This document shows positions 9,028-17,825 of a DNA stretch of 43,328 nt, one piece after another. Where the stretch lies: the NCBI GenBank assembly GCA_023269435.1, contig JAHFTJ010000001.1:1-43328 (forward strand). Reading direction: 5' to 3'. This DNA is from Chlamydiota bacterium (GTDB lineage: Bacteria > Chlamydiota > Chlamydiia > Chlamydiales > 2-12-FULL-49-11). The notes beneath the pieces were generated by a model that made no database searches, had not been told where the DNA came from, and saw only the letters and a program-made list of their open reading frames with translations. Both the position numbers and the translations under genes were made by a program. Position 1 is the first letter of the stretch. Each line of letters begins with the position of its first letter.

Positions 9028-9522
9028 ATGAAAATTATGAATTATTTTTCTTTTGTTATTTTTGCTGTATTTTTATTTACTAATATTAACGCCATAAATA
9101 TTGGTGATGAGGCACCTAATTTTGTACTTTACGACCAAAATGGTTTCCCGCATTCTTTAAGAGAGCATAGAGGGCAATTTGTTTTGCTATTTTTTTATGG
9201 AAGAGATTTTACCCCATTTGGCATAAGAGACGTTAAATTTTTCGAAAGAATGTATCAACCATTAAAACAAAAAAATGTTGTTATATATGGTATAAGCAAT
9301 GATTTTCTTAAAACACACCAGCTGTTTCATGAAAAATCTAAATTAACATACGATTTATTGTCAGACCCAGATAAAGAAGTTATTGGTTTGTATGGCGCTA
9401 ACGGATGGTTTGAGACTAAGTCAATTTCTGTACTAATTAGCCCTGACGGAAAACTTATTAATAAATATTGCGATGGCGATGTAAAAAATTATCCACTTTT
9501 AGCTTTAAAAAATTTAGATTAG
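9028..9522 (+). CDS. Exported BCP/PrxQ-like peroxiredoxin-fold protein lacking the peroxidatic Cys
   Basis: IGDEAPNFVLYDQNG, VVIYGISND, YDLLSDPDKEV, LISPDG; active-site segment reads YGRDFTPFG rather than YPxxxTPGC. Confidence 0.85.
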   Translation: MKIMNYFSFVIFAVFLFTNINAINIGDEAPNFVLYDQNGFPHSLREHRGQFVLLFFYGRDFTPFGIRDVKFFERMYQPLKQKNVVIYGISNDFLKTHQLFHEKSKLTYDLLSDPDKEVIGLYGANGWFETKSISVLISPDGKLINKYCDGDVKNYPLLALKNLD

Positions 9523-9539
9523 ACTTATGTAGGGTAATT

Positions 9540-11003
9540 ATGATAACGTTTGTTTATGTTTCACATAATAAGGATGATGCATTTGAATGCGACATAAAAA
9601 CTTCTTGTGGATTTGATGATTGTGAATTTCTCCACTTTTCAGAAAAAAACTTTTCTCAAGCTTACAATAAAGCACTTAAAAAAGCTAAACACAATATCAT
9701 AGTATTTTTAAGAGACGATATTGAGATACATTCAAAAAATTGGGGGGTTAAAGTAGTAAATTATTTTGAATGCTACGATTATTCAATTTTAGGTATAGTT
9801 GGGTCGATAACAATACCATTATCAGGTCTTGTTTGGGAGAATGAAGAATCTTTAGTTGGCAGGATATGGTATGAATCTTACGATTCTAAAAACGAAAACG
9901 CATTTTCTGGTATTTTTTCTGGAAAAATCATTCAAGTTGCTGCAGTAGACGACAGTCTATTTATAGTTAATAGGGATAGAATTAAAAAAAATTTTGATAC
10001 AAATTACAATGGAGACTCGTTTTATGAGATAGATTTTTGCCTGGAAAATATCAAAAATGGTGGAAAAATTGGTGTAATATTTGATTTAAAGATTGTTAAA
10101 TTAACATTTAATGAAAAAGATAATTGTTGGATTAACAATAGAAAACACTTTATAAACAACAACAAAGAACTGCCAATTCACATAACTCCAACTATAATAT
10201 TGGATAAAGGAAAAATAAAAATAGAGAACCAACCAAAAGTGACATTAATAATTGCAAATAAGAATAAACCAGTTGAATTAGCATCATCATTGGAATCAAT
10301 ATACGAAAAAAGCAATTATAATAATCTTGAGATAATCATTATAGATTTAGGATCTGATGCAAATAATTTACAAGATATTAAAGATTTTATTTTTAAACAT
10401 GAAAATACCAGATTATTCGAAATAAATAATGAACACATACCAGAAATATACAATGAAATAGTTAAAGATAACATAACAAACGATACAGAACTTCTATTAT
10501 TTTGTGATCCAGAAATTATTCTATTGAACGATGCAATATCTCGTATGGTTAACGTATATTTAAGTGATAAAGATAAGTGTGGCACGATTGGAATAAGAAT
10601 GCACAATAAAAATAATATGGTTAGACACTTTGGATTACATTTATTTTCTACGCATGTGGAGGATGACTTTGAACTTGGGATTGGTTTTCATGGATTTAAA
10701 TCTGCATACAAATATCAGAACAAAATAATTAAAGATATTGCAGGCTCATCGAGAGATTTTATGATGATAAGCAAAAAACTTTACGAAGAAGTTGGTGGGT
10801 TTAATAAGCAATACAACTATAGTTTAGATGACTTTGAATTAAATCTTAAAACAATATTACATAAACGTCGAAACTATTTATCAGGCAATTCTGTAGCTTA
10901 CTATTTAGGTGATGATATACCAAAATTCCTTCCATTTGATTTTGAAATACTAATCAATTTCATAAACGAACACATAGACATTATAAAAAATTATTTTTGC
11001 TAG
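9540..11003 (+). CDS. Two-domain family 2 glycosyltransferase-like protein
   Basis: FSQAYNKALKKAKHNIIVFLRDD; PKVTLII, YNNLEIIIIDLGSD, YEEVGGFN. Confidence 0.85.
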   Translation: MITFVYVSHNKDDAFECDIKTSCGFDDCEFLHFSEKNFSQAYNKALKKAKHNIIVFLRDDIEIHSKNWGVKVVNYFECYDYSILGIVGSITIPLSGLVWENEESLVGRIWYESYDSKNENAFSGIFSGKIIQVAAVDDSLFIVNRDRIKKNFDTNYNGDSFYEIDFCLENIKNGGKIGVIFDLKIVKLTFNEKDNCWINNRKHFINNNKELPIHITPTIILDKGKIKIENQPKVTLIIANKNKPVELASSLESIYEKSNYNNLEIIIIDLGSDANNLQDIKDFIFKHENTRLFEINNEHIPEIYNEIVKDNITNDTELLLFCDPEIILLNDAISRMVNVYLSDKDKCGTIGIRMHNKNNMVRHFGLHLFSTHVEDDFELGIGFHGFKSAYKYQNKIIKDIAGSSRDFMMISKKLYEEVGGFNKQYNYSLDDFELNLKTILHKRRNYLSGNSVAYYLGDDIPKFLPFDFEILINFINEHIDIIKNYFC

Positions 11004-11721
11004 CGCTATCGTCAATGATCCATAAAGCTTTATTAGAATTCGTTCCAATTTTTGTAGCTGGGAGTGTATTTAAAGGATTTACAAAAATTTTTGAAATAAT
11101 GTCATTTTTATCACATCCAACAACGTAAATGATTATATTTTTAGCTGAATTAATTAATTGATATGTAAATGTCATTCTGTATTCTCTTTTTTGCGGTATG
11201 TAATTTGCAACTACAAATTTATCTTGCACGGTCAAAGCGCTTGTCCCAGGGAAAAGAGAGGCTATATGACCGTCTACTCCTATACCTAACATTATTAAAT
11301 CAAACTTGTTGTCTTGAAGCATGTTACGTATAATTGTTTCATATTTTTCTGCATTAGCTTCAATATTGCATTCGGCCTCCATGCGAAAAATGTGATCTTT
11401 TTTCAATGGAAGACTTCTTATTCCGCTATCCATTGCCATTTTATAGTTACTCTCTTTATTATTTGGAGAAACACCCCTTTCATCACTCCAAAATATATAA
11501 ACATTTTCCCATTGAATTGTTGTTGAACATTCTTCGGATAGTTGCTTATAAACTTTTAATGGAGTATTTCCTCCAGATATAGCTACAAAAAATTTTCCTT
11601 TTTCATCTATCGATTTTTTTGCTATTTTTGTAAAATAATCTACAGTAAAAGCTATTGTTTGATTTTCATCACCAGGTAACGCTACTTTTTTCCTTTTGTC
11701 AAAATTTATACACATGAACAA
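10981..11721 (-). CDS. pgl: 6-phosphogluconolactonase
   Basis: SGGNTP, FWSDER, LGIGVDGHIASLFP, RMTFT. Confidence 0.96.
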   Translation of the reverse strand: MFMCINFDKRKKVALPGDENQTIAFTVDYFTKIAKKSIDEKGKFFVAISGGNTPLKVYKQLSEECSTTIQWENVYIFWSDERGVSPNNKESNYKMAMDSGIRSLPLKKDHIFRMEAECNIEANAEKYETIIRNMLQDNKFDLIMLGIGVDGHIASLFPGTSALTVQDKFVVANYIPQKREYRMTFTYQLINSAKNIIIYVVGCDKNDIISKIFVNPLNTLPATKIGTNSNKALWIIDDSASKNNFL

Positions 11722-12800
11722 ATTATTTCGTTAGGGTAGAGAGACAGTAATTTTAATACTTTTAAAAAAGTTTCGCTTGTCCCTTGATTGTAAATTTCAT
11801 ACGACATCGACTTTCCTATATCTTCTGATTCTAATATATGATGAATTGGCATTTCACAATGTGAAGATGTTGATAATTGTATTTTCACTTTGTCTATATG
11901 TTCGAAATCTCTTTCAAATGAAATGTGTTGATTATCATAAGAGACTAATTCTATTTTTATTAATCTACCAGACTGAAGATTTGTGTTTTTGCCAACTGTA
12001 AGAGCTATATCAATAGGTCCATAATCAGAATGATATTTAAATAGTAAATCTTCTTTGATTCCAATTACAGAATTAAATTTCCATCCTAATTTTACAGATA
12101 AGTACCCTTGAAAATACAAACTTTGTATTTTTTTGTGAAGACACTGATCTGCGCGAAAATTATTGTAAACAATGTTTATTTGTTTAGTTTTATTTATACA
12201 ATCTATTTTATCTTCAGTATTGAAATAATGAACAAATAACGCCCTCCATGGAGCTATTCTCGCCCAACTAAGATCTCCTATGCTGCATGCCAAAGTGTCG
12301 TGTAATCGTATTAGAGTGTTTGAAAAATCTGTAATGTGAATCGCTGTCTCTGAATCAAAAACTGTCCTTGTAGAGAGATTTTTTAATTTCATAGATATTA
12401 GATTATCTTCAGATGGATCATCTGCCCAAAGTAGATAAACTGGTCTGTCTGATAGTAAATGTGGTATTATTACAAAAGGGATACGTTCAATAAATGATAT
12501 AGAGACTTCAAAATTAATTATATCGCAAAAAATTGTGTTTTTACCATTTTTTTCCGGTGTAAGTATGTTTACAGATGTATTTAAAAAATCTCCACTTTCA
12601 CAAACTGTTATTAAGATAATTCTACAAGGGTAATATCTAATTATATTTTTTAATATTTGTTTTATATATTCTTCGCGCTTATTTTTTTTTGTGTAAATAA
12701 TAAGATTAAACAGCGATGCTTTGGTTGTGCTGATTAATTGATTTTTACAATGAATATATGGTAGCTGAGATTCAATTTCTTTAGGTTTTATGTAATTCAT
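11706..12800 (-). CDS. opcA: Glucose-6-phosphate dehydrogenase assembly protein OpcA-like
   Basis: PCRIILI, DRPVYLLW, GDLSWARIAPWR; located between zwf and pgl; ATGA overlap with zwf. Confidence 0.88.
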   Translation of the reverse strand: MNYIKPKEIESQLPYIHCKNQLISTTKASLFNLIIYTKKNKREEYIKQILKNIIRYYPCRIILITVCESGDFLNTSVNILTPEKNGKNTIFCDIINFEVSISFIERIPFVIIPHLLSDRPVYLLWADDPSEDNLISMKLKNLSTRTVFDSETAIHITDFSNTLIRLHDTLACSIGDLSWARIAPWRALFVHYFNTEDKIDCINKTKQINIVYNNFRADQCLHKKIQSLYFQGYLSVKLGWKFNSVIGIKEDLLFKYHSDYGPIDIALTVGKNTNLQSGRLIKIELVSYDNQHISFERDFEHIDKVKIQLSTSSHCEMPIHHILESEDIGKSMSYEIYNQGTSETFLKVLKLLSLYPNEIICSCV

Positions 12801-14335
12801 ACTCTTTTCCACTGACGACTCTCATTTTCTAATAATAAATCTGATTCTTTTGTACCCCAAGTTCCGGCTCTATAAAATTCATTTTCTTTTAATGTTGTGA
12901 AGGCCCACTTGTTTAAAATTGGAGTAATTAATTTCCATGAATATAACGATTCATCAGCTCTTGCGAAAAGAGTTGTGTCGCCAAGCATAGCGTCATATAT
13001 TAATCGTTCATATGCTTCTGGAATCTCTTTTCCAAAATAATTATCGTATTGAAAATCCATATTCACTGGCGTCAAAATTTTGCTTGATCTAGGGGTCTTG
13101 CTATTAAATTTAATAGATATTCCTTCGTTTGGTTGAATGCGGAAAATAATTGAATTTGGTTCATTGCAATTTTTACCTTTTTTATTTGTAAACAAATTGT
13201 TTTTATTATGTTTAAATGTCACTGCTATTTCAGTGCATCTCTTTGGTAACCGCTTGCCGGCTCGTATGTATATAGGCATTCCATGCCATCTCGAGTTGTT
13301 TATTTCTATGCGCATAGCGGCAAATGTCTCTACATTCGAAGTACTTGACACATTATTCTCGTCTCGGTATCCGCAGACGCTTTCTCCCTCTATAAATCCA
13401 TCCTTGTATTGCCCTCGACGCGTCCATTTATCTATCATTTCTTCATTATATGGCAAAATAGATTCTAAAATTTTTACCTTTTCATCTCTTATTGCATTTG
13501 GATCTAAACTAGTAGGCTGCTCCATTGTTATAAGAGATAGAAGCTGCATTAGATGATTTTGTATAATATCACGAAGTAACCCAGCTTTTTCGTAAAAGTT
13601 ACCCCTCTCCTCTATTCCAATAGTTTCAGCAACAGTTATTTGAATATTATCTATACAATTATTATTCCAAATATTTTCAAAAATAGGATTACTAAATCTA
13701 AAAATAAGTATATTTTGAACGGTTTCTTTACCAAGGTAGTGATCGATTCTATATATTTGATCTTCTCTTAATGATTTTAAAAGTTGATTTTTCAGATAAA
13801 CTGCAGAATCGTAATCCTTGCCAAATGGTTTTTCTATAATTACACGTGAAAAACGCCTATCATCTTCTTTATTATAAATTAAATTATGTAGCGTTAGATT
13901 TTCTATAATTGTCAAATATGAAGAAGGTTGGACAGAAAGATAAAAAATTCTGTTTCCCTTTGTGCCAAATTGCGCATCTAAATTTTTTAAGTAGACGTCT
14001 AATTCACTATATGCATTAGAATCTTGAAAGTCTCCATTGTAATAAAAAAGCCTTTCCAAAAAAAGGGCGAGTTCATATTCATGCACATCGCTGCGAGAGA
14101 ATTTTTCTATACACAGTTTCATTTCTTCGCGAAATGATTCATTGGTTTTATCACGTCTTGCAAATCCTACACATACAAAATTTGGCTGAAGTTGCCCATC
14201 TACAGATAAGTTGTAAATAGCAGGCATTAGTTTTTTGTGAGTTAAATCACCAGATGCCCCATATATAACTAATATACATGGTTCTGGCGATGCTAATAGA
14301 TCTTCATCTTTCAGAGGATTTTTTACATTTAACAT
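12797..14335 (-). CDS. zwf: Glucose-6-phosphate 1-dehydrogenase
   Basis: GASGDL, EKPFG, RIDHYLGKETVQN, DIIQNH. Confidence 0.98.
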   Translation of the reverse strand: MLNVKNPLKDEDLLASPEPCILVIYGASGDLTHKKLMPAIYNLSVDGQLQPNFVCVGFARRDKTNESFREEMKLCIEKFSRSDVHEYELALFLERLFYYNGDFQDSNAYSELDVYLKNLDAQFGTKGNRIFYLSVQPSSYLTIIENLTLHNLIYNKEDDRRFSRVIIEKPFGKDYDSAVYLKNQLLKSLREDQIYRIDHYLGKETVQNILIFRFSNPIFENIWNNNCIDNIQITVAETIGIEERGNFYEKAGLLRDIIQNHLMQLLSLITMEQPTSLDPNAIRDEKVKILESILPYNEEMIDKWTRRGQYKDGFIEGESVCGYRDENNVSSTSNVETFAAMRIEINNSRWHGMPIYIRAGKRLPKRCTEIAVTFKHNKNNLFTNKKGKNCNEPNSIIFRIQPNEGISIKFNSKTPRSSKILTPVNMDFQYDNYFGKEIPEAYERLIYDAMLGDTTLFARADESLYSWKLITPILNKWAFTTLKENEFYRAGTWGTKESDLLLENESRQWKRV

Positions 14336-14772
14336 AATGTTATTTCTTCTCTATCATAATCCAAATAAGATTGTAATATCAATGTAGCAGATAGTATATC
14401 TACTACTTCATCTCTTTTTTTTCTTTTTACGTTCGTTTCACGTAAAAGTGACTGCGCCTGTTTCGATGTAAGCCTTTCATCTAAAAGTACAACTTTTTTA
14501 TTTGTTATATTTTCTAATTTTTTTGCAAATTTACGTATTATTTCAGAGATTAAACTCTCGCCTCCACTAAGATGAAGTGGGAGACCAACTACGAACGTAT
14601 CTATTTCACTTGCGCTGTCGACGCTCTGTAAAATTCTATCAACATTTTTAGCTTCATCTGGTGAACGAGCTATTTTAGCTCTTGGAATTGCAAAATTTGT
14701 ATATGGGGAAGAAGCTGCTATCCCTATATGTTTAAATCCGTAATCAATCCCTACGGCAATTTTTTTTTTCAT
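14329..14772 (-). CDS. ruvX: YqgF/RuvX family nuclease
   Basis: GIDYGFKHIGIA, VVGLP, DERLTS, VDILSATLILQ. Confidence 0.93.
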   Translation of the reverse strand: MKKKIAVGIDYGFKHIGIAASSPYTNFAIPRAKIARSPDEAKNVDRILQSVDSASEIDTFVVGLPLHLSGGESLISEIIRKFAKKLENITNKKVVLLDERLTSKQAQSLLRETNVKRKKRDEVVDILSATLILQSYLDYDREEITLC

Positions 14773-16378
14773 TAGATACAATTGCCTTTATAAATGAGAT
14801 GAATAGTGGATGCGGGTCTGTAGGTTTAGATTTGAATTCTGGATGAAATTGAACGCCAACCATCCATTGGTGGTTAATGTTTTCAATTATTTCACATAAC
14901 TCCTCATTGTTATCATTATTTGTGCCAACTACTTTTAACCCATGCTCTTCGTATAATTTTTTGTATTCGTTATTAAATTCATATCTATGTCTATGTCGTT
15001 CAGAAATTTGATGTTTACCATATGCTTTGTATGAAAGTGAGCTTACATCTATATTGCATTTATAGGCTCCTAATCTCATAGATCCACCTATGTTTTTAAC
15101 ATTCTTTTGTTCTGATAACAACGATATTACTTTATACTTTGTAAGTGGGTCTATTTCTGTAGTGTTTGCTTTATGTAGATTTAAAACATTTCTTGCAAAT
15201 TCGATAACCATTACTTGCATTCCTAAGCAGATGCCAAAATATGGAACATTGTGTTCGCGACAAAATTTTGCTGCAGTAACCTTTCCTTCTAACCCTCTTT
15301 CACCAAAACCGCCAGGGACTAAAATACCGTGACATTGCGATACTGCCTTTGAAAAATTATCTTCATCAGTTATTTTCTCTGAGTCAATCCCAATAATATT
15401 TATTAAAACTCCATTAACTATGCCAGCATGTGTTAGCGACTCAAATATAGATTTATAAGCATCCTTATGCTGCAAATATTTACCTATAAAACCTATGTTT
15501 ATAGTTTTTTTTGTAGATATTAAATCTGCAACAAACTTTTCTAATTTTTGTAAATTAGATTTTTGTTTTTTTATGTCAAGAAGTTCTGATATACTAATAT
15601 CAAATCCAGCTTTTTGTAAAAGAATTGGTACTTCATATACAGTATTTTTTACGTCTATTACGTCTATCACGCGTTCAATTGGCACACTGCAAAATAGACT
15701 AATTTTTTCTTTTATCTCCTTGCTTAAAGATTCTTTGCATCTACACAGTATCATATCAGGGAAAATTCCAGACCGTTGTAGTTGTTGAACTGAGTGTTGC
15801 GTTGGCTTTGTCTTTACTTCATCAGCATGTTCGATGTATGGAACATATGTTAAATGTATGTTTATAGAATCACCTAAGTGTTCATGTCTAAATTGCCTTA
15901 TAGCTTCTAAAAATGGTTGAGATTCTATGTCCCCAACCGTTCCGCCTATTTCTATAATAGTTACATCTATGTCACTTTTTTGATTTGAACAAGCTATAAT
16001 TCTATTTTTAATTACATCTGTAATATGCGGAATTACCTGAACTGTTTTACCTAAATACTCTCCAGCCCTCTCTTTCTTTAGAACTTCATCATATATTTGA
16101 CCAGATGTACTATTAGAAATTTTAGATAACGGAGAATTTGTAAATCTATAATAATGACCCAAATCTAAATCTGTCTCAGCGCCATCGTCTGTAACATATA
16201 TCTCTCCATGTTGAAATGGATTCATAGTACCAGGGTCAACATTTAAATACGGATCTAATTTCATTAAAGCAATTTTTAAACCTTTCCCTTCAAGGAGAAG
16301 GCCAAGAGAAGCTGCCACAATTCCTTTGCCAAGAGATGAGAGAACACCACCTGTTATAAAAATAAATTTACTTTTCAC
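14744..16378 (-). CDS. pyrG: CTP synthase
   Basis: FITGGVLSSLGKG, DPYLNVDPGTM, GICLGMQ, QFHPEF. Confidence 0.99.
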   Translation of the reverse strand: MKSKFIFITGGVLSSLGKGIVAASLGLLLEGKGLKIALMKLDPYLNVDPGTMNPFQHGEIYVTDDGAETDLDLGHYYRFTNSPLSKISNSTSGQIYDEVLKKERAGEYLGKTVQVIPHITDVIKNRIIACSNQKSDIDVTIIEIGGTVGDIESQPFLEAIRQFRHEHLGDSINIHLTYVPYIEHADEVKTKPTQHSVQQLQRSGIFPDMILCRCKESLSKEIKEKISLFCSVPIERVIDVIDVKNTVYEVPILLQKAGFDISISELLDIKKQKSNLQKLEKFVADLISTKKTINIGFIGKYLQHKDAYKSIFESLTHAGIVNGVLINIIGIDSEKITDEDNFSKAVSQCHGILVPGGFGERGLEGKVTAAKFCREHNVPYFGICLGMQVMVIEFARNVLNLHKANTTEIDPLTKYKVISLLSEQKNVKNIGGSMRLGAYKCNIDVSSLSYKAYGKHQISERHRHRYEFNNEYKKLYEEHGLKVVGTNNDNNEELCEIIENINHQWMVGVQFHPEFKSKPTDPHPLFISFIKAIVSNEKKNCRRD

Positions 16379-16435
16379 TTAATATAAGTCTAAATGAATT
16401 GTGGTAAATTTTCCACTAAATTTAAAGTTTCATAA

Positions 16436-17734
16436 TCAAAAACCCCAAGATGCGCGCATTGCAAAATAATCTGTCATTTTATTGAAGAACTGCCCTTCAC
16501 TGTAACCATTGTGATACTCTCCGAATACACGAACTTTTCTCCCTGCCCCCTGTAATTTTGACCATTCATAGCCAAGTTGTATAGTGGCGCTTGTTTTGTA
16601 ACTGTTTACTTGCCAATGTTGCATGTCTATTGCTATAAAAGGTGATCCGTAAAGTTTGTGGTAATGATGTCTTAAGTTAACTATACGCCATTCTAAACCA
16701 TATTCAAAATAAAAAAACTTCATAGGGAATGAGTCGTCACTGTTTACTACAATTCCTGGTCCAACATACAATCGTAATCCACTTGTTGCTTGATATGAAG
16801 TAAAAAAATCGACAGCCTCAAAACTTGGATTAACCCTTAAAACATCTGAATGATTAATTATAAATTCATCGCCAAGATGACTTGAAATATGATAGGCACG
16901 TAATCTAAATGCCCATTTATCAAAAGCATAAGTTATTGGTACAGATATTATGTAATCTGTTGTTACGAGTTCAGCCCATTCTCCACGCGGATGAACAATT
17001 GGCTTTATATCAAAATTAGCCCATACACATCCAGCAATAGATATTTGTAGATCACCGCGCATTGGAAACACATCAAACCATCTGAAGATTGGAAAAATGT
17101 CCCCTAGAGAGACTGCCGCTTGATTATTCGCCAATATTTTATCGCCACTCCTATACGCTACAGAATAAGTCGGCTCTCTTGGATTGGCTATTAATGGTTG
17201 AAAAATTACAGTAGATTCAGGAAACCATACACCATTCATTTGTCTAATTGGTTGTTTTTCATTTAACCTTCTTTTAATTTGTTGATCAATCTTTCCGTCT
17301 TTGACATTTTTAACGTCTGGCAAATCTTTTACAAATGCAATAATACTATTTTTTATCCTCTCGTCACTTGGTAAGTTGTACAAATATACAACAAAATATT
17401 TATCAACAAAGACTAAAACGTTTAATTCGTAATAGTTATCATCTATAAGAGCTTGAATATAACCTTCTAGGTATGATGCAGATTCCCCGTTTAGATGTTC
17501 AGGAGAGATTTTATCTGTCCTTGATAATCGTAATTTTTTAGATTGTTTTTCCCTCTCTTCTATTAAATGAATTGTTAATTCATCGCTATAGTCTTTTCTT
17601 GGGTCGCATTGGTGTATTATACATTCTATATTTTGATTGTAATTGCTACAATTTTGTTCTGTTTCAGAGCAATAACAAAACGTAGTTGAACATTTTGAAA
17701 TGAAAAGAACTGCGATTATACATTTATATGACAT
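16436..17734 (-). CDS. DUF1207-like chlamydial protein, probable outer-membrane beta-barrel
   Basis: PLIANPRE, RLRAYHISSHLGDEF, EYHNGYSEGQF; signal-like N-terminus; C-terminal WGF. Confidence 0.75.
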   Translation of the reverse strand: MSYKCIIAVLFISKCSTTFCYCSETEQNCSNYNQNIECIIHQCDPRKDYSDELTIHLIEEREKQSKKLRLSRTDKISPEHLNGESASYLEGYIQALIDDNYYELNVLVFVDKYFVVYLYNLPSDERIKNSIIAFVKDLPDVKNVKDGKIDQQIKRRLNEKQPIRQMNGVWFPESTVIFQPLIANPREPTYSVAYRSGDKILANNQAAVSLGDIFPIFRWFDVFPMRGDLQISIAGCVWANFDIKPIVHPRGEWAELVTTDYIISVPITYAFDKWAFRLRAYHISSHLGDEFIINHSDVLRVNPSFEAVDFFTSYQATSGLRLYVGPGIVVNSDDSFPMKFFYFEYGLEWRIVNLRHHYHKLYGSPFIAIDMQHWQVNSYKTSATIQLGYEWSKLQGAGRKVRVFGEYHNGYSEGQFFNKMTDYFAMRASWGF

Positions 17735-17825
17735 TTGACATCCTAAGCAAATTCAAATAGCTAAAATTTTTACGCAAACGAATTGACACGTCTACTCAAT
17801 TAGACATATAGAATAAATCCGCAAT

